A DNA stretch of 64,000 nt from Mytilus edulis (taxonomy: Eukaryota): positions 42,904,001 to 42,968,000 of the forward strand of contig NC_092352.1 of NCBI RefSeq assembly GCF_963676685.1, in the 5' to 3' direction. Positions 50,498 through 63,514 of the stretch are shown piece after piece; position 1 is the first letter of the stretch; each line of letters starts with the position of its first letter. The notes under the pieces were generated by a model. It saw nothing but the letters and a program-made list of their open reading frames with translations. It was not told the origin of the DNA and searched no databases. The translations under genes and the position numbers were made by a program.

Positions 50498-53059
50498 ACC
50501 CGTAGACGGTTCAACAACGTAAGTTGATCTTTGAATACTAGTATGTTTTATTGGTAAAGCACTGATTTTGTTCTCAGTAAATTAAAACCATACTAATTCC
50601 ATTGGATGTAAGCTGGGTACTGAACAGATATATCATGTTATTGAAAGAGTATTTGCGAAAAATAGCTATTAAGGGGAAATTTCCCCGAGACGCCAGGCTC
50701 GACATATTACACCGAATAGATTTTGATTAAAACCCTCTATATTTAGGTGAAGGGTAAAAAAAAATTACTAGTAAGCTGTAATCCAGAAACATGTTTGTGC
50801 ATAATTTTAAGGATAAGATAAGATAAATAATAGTTTATTAAAGTATCACATATTGATCTACATTAAAATACATAAAAACGTTAACATCTTAAAAAAAAGG
50901 ATCAATACCCAGCCTATAAAGACTTACGAGACACTGTATATACAAATAAAAGCTATAACAGTTATTCTGAAGGAAAATGTTTTTATAAAAAGGCATAGTC
51001 ATGCATTACATGATTTAAAACTCATTAAATATGTACACACAATTATAAAATATCTATTCATGAATGCTTCAAAAAAATAATATAGAACTTACAAATAAAA
51101 ATCAACAATAAATACAAAAGAAGTATAATTACAGTTTAGTTCGCTTAAAAACGCCACTAGGGTAAAGGTTAAAAAAAAAGAAGAAAAAAAAAGTAGAGAC
51201 TATCAAAGTATTGCAGGAATTTTACATTAAAATGCTTTATGTAACGTCATATCCGAATGATTTTTCGGAAAGAGACTTCCGAGGGTAAAGGAATATTCAA
51301 AATGGCAATTACCACGGCAAAGAGGAAAGTTTGATGCATATCCACGGGAAGTGGCGAAAAAACATGCAAATTCGATGGACATGATAAAATATGTTAGAAT
51401 ATGCGGGAAAAATACACTCACTACATGTAAACAACCACTTATCATACGGTATTCTTGTATAAGGTGTAATTATGATTAATATTTAATGTCTCAGATTACA
51501 TGTTTTTTTTATTGTTTGTTTTTCGGCCTGAAAGTAGGTGCGGGTACTCTCAGATCTATACTTTGTGTCTTTTTGTATTGTTGGGGATTTATAAAGTTTC
51601 GTCTATAAATTAAATGTGTTTAGTTTGTTCTTGGGATGTGCCGTTACACCACTGGCGCAGGTTATATAGAGGGTTGGTGCCCTTTGTATGTGTCTGTCCC
51701 AAATGCGCATTTAATTCAGTAGTTGTCTTTTGTTGCTTTACATCATATTTTTTACATTTGTTATTTCGGGGCTTGTTTAAGTCAACTGTACGGTATAGGT
51801 TTGCTCATTGTTGAACACCTTACGTGACCTATAGTTGTTAAGATCTATGTCAGTTGGTATCTGGTGGAGAGTTGTCGCATTGGTAATCATCTTATAATGT
51901 TTTAAGCTAATTATATTGTAGTTATGACGATAACATCTATATATACTTTTAAAAGAATAAATATCTGGTGAAGACTTATATGGTTATTTGCTATATGTAT
52001 CTGCATGTATCAAATAGGTGAATAGTATATACTGTAACGGTTTTCATTTTCACAGAAATGTCTCGACAATGTTTATCATTGCGTTCCAGTAGTCTTCAAT
52101 ATTTCTGTTACCAGCTCTGTAAGTGCCCTGCAATCGATCAATCCTCGATTGTAAACATCTGTACTTCAGCCTACGGGGAGGAGAATTTTCTACACGATCA
52201 CTAGCCTGTATCAGGGAAACCGATCTGCTTTCTTCTTCCTTCACCTTTTTGATGAAATACCAAATATTTGGGGTTTTCCTCCCTATGGTTGTGTTCCATC
52301 TTTGCTTAAACCCTAAAAAGAAGAATAAAAAACAAATTATAATTCTTTGTGTTAATGTACATGAATACCGATATAGTGGTTGGTCATAAGATAGATACAG
52401 ATTTCATATTACTCAATTTTACTGAATGTTTACATATGTAAACAATTAAGTGCAAATAGTTAATTTTCCAAAACCAATTTATGTGGTGCTCAGGTATTTC
52501 ACGCGAAATACGTTTTCTGCTAAGATTGAGATTGAATTTTAGGAAACAAAAGCCGTCCGTTTACACATGTGTTCAAAGCATTTCTAAAACGCAAAACTAT
52601 GCGTATTAGTTTCTTTTAGAACCTGCAGATTAACAATGAAGGTTAAATGATGCTCGCTGGTGGTGACCTTTTGTCCGATTTTTTTCGAAATCTTTGTTTT
52701 TTTCCATCCCAGTGCCATTAATATTTTGCCTGCTAACTTTGTTTTTTTTTAATTTTGATAATTTTAATACACTATTTAAAAAGAAATCTTATTTTTTAAA
52801 TCTTATAAACTCATGGTTATTCTGCCATAGGTTTGGAAATTATCATAGGTATATGCATTAACAATCTTGAGATAAATAGATTTCAAATTACCAGTTGAAT
52901 TTTCAAGTGATGATATTTAATGAATGGCTATTATTAGACATGTTACGAAAAGGTATATTCTCGACGCTGAGGTTGACAAATTACACTTTAAAATTGGGGA
53001 CGGTGTCAAAACATTGATTCTAGATTTAAACAGGTAACATTTGAATCCTGTGCGTCTTG

Positions 53060-54383
53060 GGCCGTGTTCACACCAAACGCCATGTACAGTAAACTTGTTT
53101 ACAATTAGTTTAACGTACTGGACATTGGTTTCACATTAAATTTGTTCACATCTATACACCTTGTTTAATTACCTGTACATAAGATTTGTTCACACTTGTA
53201 AACTCTATGTCATTTAAATGTTCATTACGTAGAACCGAATGCAAAGTTTTCGGACAACTTTTCTAGCAGTAAGGGAACGACCATTTGACTTCAAATGGGG
53301 GTGGGGGTATCGATGGAAATATTCCGAACCCCAATTGGATAAAAAAAAAAAGGTCCTACAGATGATACAAATATATTCTAAATCAAGAGTTTCCCCATAC
53401 ATTATAGTGTTAAATGTTGAAAAAAAATTGATTACCAGCATCGAAAAAAAAACCGGAATAAAACGTTTGAGCGGAAAAATTTCTGGCTAAGATAAATTAA
53501 CAAAATACCCCCCCCCCTTTTTTTTTTAAGTTAAGTGGTTGCTTCTTTATGAAAGCCATTTTGATGATTTGCAGTAGTTTAAAAATAATAAAGATGTCTC
53601 GATTAAGCATTAGAAAACGTAGGCTGCAGCAGCGTGCTTACAGGCGAAGAATATGTATTTTTATTCTCATAAAGCCAATTATGCATTACATCGGTACAGA
53701 GATGGAAGGAGACGAAGGAATGATTATATTAGGGATCACTATGTTCCTATCTTTTTTGTTTGTTTCAAATGGTATATTTCTTCTCCAAGGAGTATTTGGC
53801 AAAGGGAGGGGTAATGGTTTTTTTTTTAGTTTTAAGGGTAATTTAACGGATCCGAGATACATGTACTAGACAAACAATACATTTACCTCACACTTTTTAA
53901 GTAATGCATTTATGAGTGAATGGTTGTTTGAGTTAAGACCAGTGGCAAACATTTTTGTGCAAGTCAAGTCGATTCGGATAGACCTTAATTTTCAAATGAA
54001 TTGTGTGTTCGGCAATGATGCTGCTTTGAGTCTTGATAAGGGCTTAATAAAGCTACGTTAAGTTTTAAAAAAAAACAAATAAATATATCAAGTTTAGACA
54101 AATATTTCTGTAAAGATCTTTATTAATAATTGTTATAAATATCAATTTTATTCAAAAAATGTTTCTTTTTTAAATATACACGGTGAAACTAATGTTTTAA
54201 ATGCCTAGTTTTGTGTACACTTAATCTACACAAGGCCTACATCGAGTATCGACTGCATGTAGACAAAACATGTTTTACACTACATGTACACATTGTATTT
54301 TATCAATGGGAACGTAATTTTGTTTAGTTTACGTGTGAGTTACACTTACACTACACCGAGTTTAAGTCAATGTGAACACGGCC
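53060..54383. mobile_element. PIF/Harbinger-type non-autonomous element with TTG TSD, containing a further MITE at about 53271-53548
   Basis: TTG|GGCCGTGTTCACA...TGTGAACACGGCC|TTG. Confidence 0.8.
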
Positions 54384-55094
54384 TTGGTTAATTCAAATCA
54401 CATTTATCTAGAACATCATTATGTAACATCCTATATGACAATTGCTTTTGTAATATCATAAGACATAAAAGGTGTATGCGTGCCGGATTGGGTGGGCTAG
54501 AAAAAGGGGGGCTGAGAGTTATACAAGTTCATTCGATTCTAGTTAGATTGATAATTAATACATAGTAAGCACGTTAGATATAAGTTTTATTGTTGTATTA
54601 CAGTTCCTGAAAAAGTTAAATCTGTCGCTCCACTAATCCCGCACAAAACTCTACAGTCTGGTTGGGTTTTTTTTCTTTCGGGTGTCTCCATATGCTTCCA
54701 ATGACTCTGAAAGTTGTTAAGCGTCTTATAGCGTGTTCGACACATACCCGCCACTCTGATATACGCAAATTCATATATTTACATTTCCTTCTTTCTGCTC
54801 GTGGTTTAAGTTTTTAGTTGATGGCATCTGTAAGGGGTAACGAGGAACGATCGACATGGATAAATTTTATCCGCTAAGATGACAAAATTCTAGGGGAAAT
54901 CTAACTGTAAACCTGGTCCAATTAAAGACAATAGATTATACTGTTGGGAATCATTTTGGTGTCCTAGGAAACAACTTCAAATAAATCTTATATAATTTCT
55001 GTTGTCCTAAACAACCTGTGTATGAATGCAATGTCTGCATAAGGTGTTGTTAAGGTGTAAATGCAGTTATTATGCAATTCTTTTGAAACTCTGT

Positions 55095-56443
55095 CAGGCG
55101 CGTAGCTCCCTATACGCCAACACGCAGTTGCGTGCACATCAATTCGGCATGCCAAAAAAAAATTGCAAAATAAAAATTTATAAATTAAAAATTTAAAGGA
55201 TACACTTACGAGTATTCAATTGATGTAATGTCATTAAATAGCGGCATTTGGTTTCAAAATTAAAGTTTTATTGCAGATGACAAAAACGGACAGTAACTTG
55301 AATCTATTACAAGATTATAATTTGTTATACTCTTGTAGTTTCGGAGAACATTTTACAGAGTACGGTTTATCTGTTTGGAATGCGATATACCAATCGGCCA
55401 TTAGATTTATCAGAACCCTTCGATATCGTTAAATATACCGATGCGATGTGACTACCAAAGCCAATCACCCTGCAAACACGCAAAAATAGTCTTGGAAAGT
55501 CTCATTATATTTTGCGTCCATAGACCACATGATAATTTACGAGTAATATCTTTAATTATTATTCTTTAATATTGTTAAAAGTAGTATAACACTATAAAAC
55601 GTAGCATAACACCATAAAAAGTCTTTTTCTCGGGATATATCAGTTTGTTTTGGGGATATAATGTTTTTCTTGTATTTCTCGGGAAATCGTGGAACCGGAA
55701 AATTATTGTTTGGTTTTTCGAGTTTTGGCCATAAGACGGTTAATATTGAGAAGCTACATGTACATAGGTACATGATAATTTATGGAACTGGAGTCGCGTC
55801 TGCATGATATCAGTCAGAAAAATCACTGCTTTGTGCATAACTGCTTCCTCGTGTTGTAGGAAATACAAAAAACAACAAAACGCAGCATTGTTTGAGACAT
55901 ACGAAACTGACTTGTCATGTAATTTTGACAAATTCAATCGGAAGGTCGCTCGATGGCGAACACGCTTGACTGATTACATCTCGCGGGTGCTACCGCAGAG
56001 AGATCGTTCAATGTACTACGTCTGTTGAAAACATGATTTTTTACGATTAACAACGAACAACGACGGTTTAGCATCGCTAGCATTGCTGCATATTCATCGG
56101 GATTTTTGTGTGAATATTGACAAAGTAAAAAAGAAGTTCGTTTCTGCTAAGACCCGAAGGGCAGATTTTGGATAATTTTTAGTAAATTCCATAACACAAA
56201 AATGTGTTGTTTATGTATTCAATAAACCATGCTTTATTCTATTTAGATGTTCTATTCAGAAGATTTTTCAATAGTTTTGCATTCATGAATTATGTATAAG
56301 TCCTTTGTACATGTAGCTTCTCAATTAACCGGCCAAAACCCGAAATACAAACTATTTTCTGCATAAAAGGGTCCCAAAATTTTTCGCCTCGCTTCGCTCG
56401 GCGGTAAATGCTTGCACATCGTTTCTTTCTAGCTACGCCCCTG
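55095..56443 (+). mobile_element. Internally deleted hAT element with a C-terminal dimerisation-domain relic (about 55985-56176)
   Basis: TIRs CAGGCGCGTAGCT / AGCTACGCCCCTG flanked by TCTGT on both sides; relic ATAERSFNVLRLLKT*..LASLALLHIHRDFCVNIDKVKKKFVSAKTRRADFG. Confidence 0.85.
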
Positions 56444-57344
56444 TCTGTAGGGATGTTCAACCGGTTAGTAGTGAGTCATATTTTAATCAATCAATCAAAA
56501 AACCCTTATAAGGAAACAACAATTTGAGTTGAAACTGTTTAATTTAAGATAAACTTGAAAGGAAATAAAGGAAGAAAATACATGTCTTCGATGCTATGTG
56601 GCCGGGAGTAAATTTTCTAAAACTAAAATTGAATTAAAATCGTGTTTTATGTGTTTTAAAACAGACCCCGTTAGATAAAAATTTAGGCGGCAAACAACTG
56701 GATCAAAATACATACACTCCTTTGTTTGCTTTTCGTAACTATATAGAAATGACCGTTATATACATATATAATCACGAGTAAGTATAAAACAAATTAGATA
56801 AAAAAAAGTAGATATAGGAAGATGTGGTATGAGTGCCAATGAGACAACTCTCCATTCATGTAACACTTTATAAAATTACACAATTATAGGTCAAAGTACC
56901 GCCTTCAACGCGGAGCCTTGGCTCACACCGAATAGCAAGCTATACAGGGCCCAAAAATTACTAGTGGTTAGCTATTAAAAATTAAGATTATTGGCAAGGT
57001 CTATTAAGAGCTCGCCGAAGAATTCACACACGTACATGTATGTACCCCGTGTCTCCGTTGCCCGCACATCTACTGCATTTACATGACCCCCTCCTCCTCC
57101 CATTTTTTTTGCATTATAGTTTCTTAAAAATATTATGGCATTCTTTAATATCTATTTTTTATATTTTTGTTATGGTATAAATGTTATCGAATAGTCGTTC
57201 CATACGGAATTGCCTCCAAAAGGATCAATGCAGTTTTTTAATCATATTCAATGTTAATCTTTTTGTGTTTTGACACAGTCCTCACATTTAAATTGTAATT
57301 TATCAACCTCAGCGTCGTGAATATACCTTTTCGTAACATGTCTA

Positions 57345-57470
57345 TTTATTTTGAGTTTATTGAACCATAAAATTAATTTTTGACTCTTCACATTGAATAA
57401 TCCGCGAAGCGGATTAATTAAAATGTGAAGAGTCAACAATTAATTTCCTGGTTCAATAAATTCAAAATAC
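57345..57470. repeat. ~125-bp imperfect hairpin (MITE core)
   Basis: TTATTGAACCA..AATTAATT..TTGACTCTTCACATT..TAATCCGC-GAA-GCGGATTA..AATGTGAAGAGTCAA..AATTAATT..TGGTTCAATAA. Confidence 0.75.
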
Positions 57471-58616
57471 ATTATTGCCATTCATTATGAATAAATTTCT
57501 ATCAAAAATAAGGCTCAAAGAAATTTTTATATTAACAATAACAACGTACACACATATTGGCGTATGAATACACAACGTCAGAGTGGGCGTGTCTTCATAA
57601 AAATTGACAACATGGAAAATAAAAGTAATACTTTTAACCAATCAGAAGACAGTAAATACACCGAATTTATTTATTATCATGTGTTGACAAATTAAAGTGG
57701 AAATGATTAGTACATGGCTATAACTATGTTTTGTTTAATGTAATTCGACGTTACTTAATTCACTGTAGTGACCGGTTAAGGACATTAAACGTTTTATCTG
57801 ATTTCGTCTTTTCTATTTTATGTATATGACGAACTCGCGAAATCAAGAAATCAAGAAGTGAACCATATATATCGCGTTTGTGTGTTTTTATCTTCTCGTT
57901 TTTTGTGTTTTCGCCTTCACGTTTTCGACCAACAAATGAAAGGCGAATAGACAAAATCGAGAAATCGAGAAATAACCTTACCGACTATCATTATTACTAG
58001 TTACAACTTACTTCCAACGTGAATATTAGTGTTATTATCTTTGCCCCTGTTGTATAGATTCCACGTCGCCAGTTGGAAATGTCCGTTAAGAAAATTACGC
58101 TCAAAATAAAACAGAAGATCTCTCAAACCATGGAATCTCCTGCACAACCTTCTGGTTTCTAAATCTTGCACAAACAATCGAAAATTTGTTCGCACAACCC
58201 CTACTGGGAGGTATGCTATGGCCACAAGCTTTCGAATGCATCTTTTGAGGCTTCGACTTGTGCTATAAGGGCATCGAAGCCCCTCTTGATTTACATGTCT
58301 CCAAATGTGTTGACAGAAATGAAAAAAACAGCCCATGATGCGAGAATTTGGAAAGTCTGTACGCGCGGCAGTCATTATACCGGTTTCAAAATCAGACATT
58401 ATATTAGTAGGGGCAAGTCGATTATTAGTTAAGCGAGTGTAGCGTCTCTTTAGATGCCCAAAAATGTTGCTATAATCAACCACGTGTGTGTCTGTCATTA
58501 ACGCAAATACAAATGGAATTACTCTGTCCTTATAAAATCCATGAATGGTAAGGAATTGCTTATAAGGAATTGGTACTGCTTTTAATGTAGCGTCAATATA
58601 GATATCGTTACATTGA

Positions 58617-58899
58617 GGCAGCAACCATTTGATTTTCTGGGGGGGGCTATGGTTTTTTTTGGAAAAAATAGTTTGTTTCCAGTTTTTGGAGAAAAAAATA
58701 ATTTGTTTTTGATTCTGAGAAAAAAAAATTGTTTGTTTCACTCCCAGCTGCCACTATATGTAATGCTAAAATTGAAAGAAAAAAATTGTTTTCGAGTTGT
58801 CGCGAAAAAAATAGATTGTTTTTCGCCGCAGGCGAAAAAAAAAGTTTGTACAGAAAAAAAAACCATAGCCCTCCCCCAGAAAATCAAATGGTTGCTGCC
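58617..58899. mobile_element. 283-bp PIF/Harbinger-type MITE with TGA TSD, inserted in the MULE coding exon
   Basis: TGA|GGCAGCAACCATTTGATTTTCTGGGGG...CCCCCAGAAAATCAAATGGTTGCTGCC|TGA; excision restores ALSCLGQ-CNDIYID. Confidence 0.95.
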
Positions 58900-61847
58900 T
58901 GACCTAAACAGCTCAGAGCTTCTTCCGTGCAAAAAACAGCAATGCCGCATGCATTATCCAATTTACTCAGAAAGCGGTTCCCATTTACCGTTACTTTCCA
59001 TTGTCCACGAATTTTAACGTCAATTATTGATGCTGGTATATCAGGAATGTGATTTCTTCTTCTTCGGTTAATTGAAGATCTCATATTTTTAAATGTAAGG
59101 ATATTGAGCCTTTTTGCTGGAGGGATCTGATGGGCTACAGCATCATGTGTCTCCTGAATTGTTAATGTAGGTGAATCAGACACAGCAGTTGTCACTTGCC
59201 GTTTGATATCGGCATTCTGAATTAAATCTAGGACCTCTCGATGATTATGTTGACCGACCTAGGAAAAACATTTTGACAATAAAATTACGTTATTTTTGTT
59301 TTAAATTCTGGTTTATAGCAACATTATAATTTTCACAGTTAGTAAGATTTAAAAGCAATATATACAAATGGACATATATGTCATTGTCAGTGAATATAAA
59401 ATTCATTTGTAGAAGCTTTTGAAACAGGACAAAAGTGAGGCTCGCCAAACTTTTCTCCTGTTTCGTAGCGAGTACAAACACATTTTTTATTTCCGACAAT
59501 GTACATGTATTTTTTCATCTTGCACTACTTGTTCAAATCCAAATAGTGGCATCTTATTTTTCTAAGAAAACGACATAGCTCAAACACAGACAGCGTTATC
59601 ATGAAAAATTGCATATACCCTTAGGATTATATCGTCCATGTGTTGCCTATATGGATGTGTATTTATGTGTTGATGGTTCGTATGTTTATCTTTGTGTCAT
59701 TGCCCTATAATTAGTCTTTTTCTAAAGTTGATGGTGCATGAGTAGATTAGAATTTATTTTTTTTAGATGAATATCACCTTTCTTCATATAGATCTGATAG
59801 TTTCAGCGGTCCCGCTATTTGTCAATATATACTGACCGGCTTTAGAAACGCAACATTAGATTATTCTTTTCAATTTTCATTTTTAATTATGCATTTTTTT
59901 GTAAACAAACTTATGAATAGAAAGTTCTGTCATTACTTAAATGTTTGGAAAAAAAATGCAGTTCGAAAGTTGAATTGATTACGTCATTTTCGATGTTCAA
60001 ATATTGTGGTATACACTGAAACCCTGGTTTTCCCCTTACCAATGAACGTGTCACCGTCAAAAGCAATGACTGCCTGTAACAAACGCCAAAATGATAGTCA
60101 GAAAGGTCAACCATTTCTGTTCGGCACGTTTTTGTTTCTGTTTTGCACCTTCTGATTTTGCCGTTGATCCACCCATTACAATGTGTTTTGTCAATTATGC
60201 GGTTTAAAATTTAAGGCTCTAAATGTTTTTCTGCAGTCGATTCTTTGCCAGTTCAGTTAATGGGAAACATTTATGGCATTAATCTGTGCAAAATTTCATT
60301 CATCAATTTGGTTAGCAGTTGACGTTCCGGCCGTAGATCTGTCTTACAAATGACGTTGTCTAATCAAATTCTATTGACGTTGCATTGTCACTACATGTTG
60401 ATCTAGTCTTTGATGGTCTTCAACAAATCCAGTCTACCGGTATCATTGTCGGAAAGACAGTAAGACGAGTTTCTGACGTCAATTTTTTTGTGTTGCAGCA
60501 CGTTCACGTTTTCCTGTTTGCAGAATTCTAATGAGTTGATTCAGCTTTTCATTCCTGAGTTTTGGCAATATGGAGATGCAACATTTTTTAAATGATTAAA
60601 GTGTGTCCACAGATTGAACGAACTGTTTCTCAAAGAAAAAAACCGGAAAAAATCTTTTATTGGCTCGAAATTTCTCTTTCTGAAATTTCGTGCGATCTAA
60701 AAAATCTGGTATGTTCAATAACCACAGGTAAGTCAGATGTTTATTTTTCGAAAGGAAAAGACATATGATGAGCATGAATAATAGTTGCATGAGGATCAAA
60801 CATTATTTGGTGAAAAAAATCTACAAAATGAGTGTTGCGTTTTTAAAGCCAGTCAGTATATATTAAAGGATAGTCAAGATCAATAAAAATGTTGTTGGTA
60901 GTTTGTTTCCTTTTTTTCTTTTTCTTTGATGTGAAATTTGAGTATTTCTCAACAGGACTTCAAAAAACTTTTTTTGTCATTTATTTACATCATGTTTGCG
61001 TTCCACAAAATGTACCTACAAGTTCTAAATTTGATTTTTTTATTTTCTTGTCGTGACTGGATTTTATTGCTCTTATTGTGTTTGTAGCTATCTGGCTGCC
61101 TGTTGGCATACAGTCTCTGCTGCATTGGAGATCGTGAAGTGAGCTTTGGGTGTTGTTTTGTATATTTCACCATCTGGTGATTTGGAGATGTTTTCGTGCC
61201 ATAAGTAATAGTTATATACCGAGGGAAAGGGGTGACTGGATAAGAAACCCCGTCGGCCGGAAGACGGAGGGGTTTCGTTTCAAGACACGTCGTATCCCAA
61301 GGTGTATAACTAGCTGACACCCCATTCTTAACTCAATATTGTTAACATTGATTATCATATGAAAAAAATACAATACCAAACCATGATTTATAAGATTTTT
61401 TTTTATTACACGAAACCCCACTAGTAACCTTTTTTAGTTATCTTCGTTCAAACTTTGACAAGTGGGTATATTTTACCAATGTCAAGGTTGTTTTGCATAT
61501 TCTAATTAAATCCATGGTTTAATCTGGTTCAGCAGGTCAAGGTTGACCGTATCGTGTATTCCTTTTACAAACACAAAATACGTCATGCTCCTTGTATGCA
61601 GTTGTCAATATGAAAGGGTATGAGACGGACGACATTTTGTGAATTTGGTAGAAGAGACTAGAGATAAAGGCAATATTATAACCTAAAGTGCTTACGTGTT
61701 TCAGTTTAATAAAGGTAATCATAACTATATTTTTATCTTGCGGTTTTGTAGAAAAAAAAACCTTTTCTCGAGAATAGATAAACATTCATATTCGGACCTA
61801 CAAAGGGATAAGTGTGTCTGCAATAGAAACCCGACTACCAGACACGC

Positions 61848-61930
61848 TCAATCTAATTAAAATATAGATCTCCGATTTTGTTAGTAACGTTGTATAAAGA
61901 AATCGGAGATCTATGTTTAAATTAGATTGA
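61848..61930. mobile_element. 83-bp hairpin mini-element with a 7-bp flanking direct repeat
   Basis: GACACGC|TCAATCTAATT..ATAGATCTCCGATTT..AAATCGGAGATCTAT..AATTAGATTGA|GACACGC. Confidence 0.75.
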
Positions 61931-62394
61931 GACACGCTCAGTATACAAGATACAGATTTAATATTTCGTAAGTCTCTCTTTTTGGGTCAGGGGCTGATCC
62001 ACCTCGGGGTTCCCAACTCAACAGAAAGGGTGTGGGTTCCAATACATTGATCTTTTAAATCGGGTCCAACCCGCGGAACCCCAAACCTGGGTCGGGGAAA
62101 ACGAGGGGGTCCGAGAGTTAGATTCACCCTTTTTGAAATCAAAAAGATGAATGCTTTTAGAATAGAGACAAATGACTGGGATAAAAAAAAATCCGTTTCA
62201 GCAAAGGAGTAATTAAAGAATTATTTTTGTCTTCAAAAATAGATGCTTATTTTTTTTTCTTTCGCTATTGGAATTTCCTAAAAAAAAAAATTAATATCTT
62301 TTTTATTCTTCAATTTTTAGTGAACACTATAGTTACGATACTGTTGTCAGGTCATTAAAGATTGCATATTTTGGCGTTAATATTGATTCACTTA

Positions 62395-63060
62395 TAGGGT
62401 CTTTGCATCGGAACTAAACACATTTATTCAAAAACCAGTTGTTGGCATGACACGAGTTATGTTCTTCTCATATATGTTATGATGGTATGATACTAAACCC
62501 GTAACGGGAAGGATTGTGCCTGATGTTCATATGATGAAATCATAATCTTTCAGTCAGTTTAATTGAAGTCTGGAGCTGGCATGTCAGTTAACTGCTAGAA
62601 GTCTGCTGTTATTTATGTATTATTGTCATTTTGTTTATTTTCTTTCGTTACATCTTCTCACATCAGACTCGGACTTCTCTTGAACTGAATTTTAATGTGC
62701 GTATTGTTATATATGCGTTTACTTTTCTACATTGGCTAGAGGTATCGGGGGAGGGTTGAGATCTCACAAACATGTTTAACCCCGCCGCATTTTTGCGCCT
62801 GTCCCAAGTCAGGAGCCTCTGGCCTTTGTTAGTCTTGTATTATTTTAATTTTAGTTTCTTGTGTACAATTTGGAAATTAGTATGGCGTTCATTATCACTG
62901 AACTAGTATATATTTGTTTAGGTTGCCAGTTGAAGGACGCCTCCGGGTGCGGGAATTTCTCGCTACATTGAAGACCTGTTGGTGACCTTCTGATGTTGTT
63001 TTTTTCTATGGTCGGGTTGTTGTCTCTTTGGCACATTCCCCATTTCCATTCTCAATGTTA
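62395..63060 (-). repeat. Dispersed repeat family B, long copy
   Basis: Reverse complement of 8045-8230 plus 8915-8945; shares the CCTGTCCCAAGTCAGGAGCCT core with family A. Confidence 0.8.
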
Positions 63061-63514
63061 CTATTAGTATTTTTTTATGTTGATGTTTTTTTTTAGAGAA
63101 TAATCAATTTCTATTGTTACGAATACCAATGGACTTTGTTTGCGAGATGTAGAAGCAGGGATTTCCAGAAACCCCGCTCGTCACAGCCTGTGGTCAAAAT
63201 CTATTGTTATTCGTAACAATAGATCTATTCAATTACACCTGTTTCAAAAATAGAAACTATGAAGTATAACAATAGAACTGGGGTGTAACCCCATATCAGG
63301 TCTTTTTCATATTTCCAAAATAATATGATCCTATACGAAATACTCCGAACACTCCCAAAGATGATGAATGTTTTATCAATGAACTACAGAACACGTCAAA
63401 CTCTTTTGTGTTTTAAAACTTGTCTTTTTCTTCCTTTATTAAAACCCTCGCCCATGTGCAATTGTTGGCGTGTATCTTATTTTCAATCGACAATTCCCAA
63501 CTTCTCTGGTTTTG

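Larger units (their letters stand above)
52936..57343. mobile_element. TIR element (~80-bp TIRs) inside the MULE intron, hosting further insertions
   Basis: AGACATGTTACGAAAAGGTATATTCTCGACGCTGAGGTTGA at 52936 versus TCAACCTCAGCGTCGTGAATATACCTTTTCGTAACATGTCT ending 57343. Confidence 0.75.
52050..59258 (-). mobile_element. MULE/Mutator transposase gene (exons 59258-58012 and 52312-52050), inactivated
   Basis: HNH (end of FLYWCH/WRKY-type finger), IYIDAT (D1), MSDFE (D2), GCFFHFCQ (CxxH), WN..TNIHVG, PNIWYFI; phase-1 intron A|GTAAGT...TTTTAG|GG; frame is continuous once the 58617-58899 MITE is removed. Confidence 0.9.

Noticed and set aside
50673-50686. Palindromic kB-like GGGGAAATTTCCCC, or possible transposon end
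   Set aside because: No matching TIR/TSD on the other side of the transposase and no host gene nearby.
58613-59017. ORFs 58613-59017 (+) and 58738-58950 (-), and the N-terminus of the 246-aa ORF
   Set aside because: Derived from MITE sequence or antisense to the MULE transposase.
59911-61320. Candidate upstream MULE exons (FLYWCH-like SFWR..QAVIAFDGDTFI) and a 111-aa ORF
   Set aside because: Phase mismatch, stops and missing Cys; cannot be supported.
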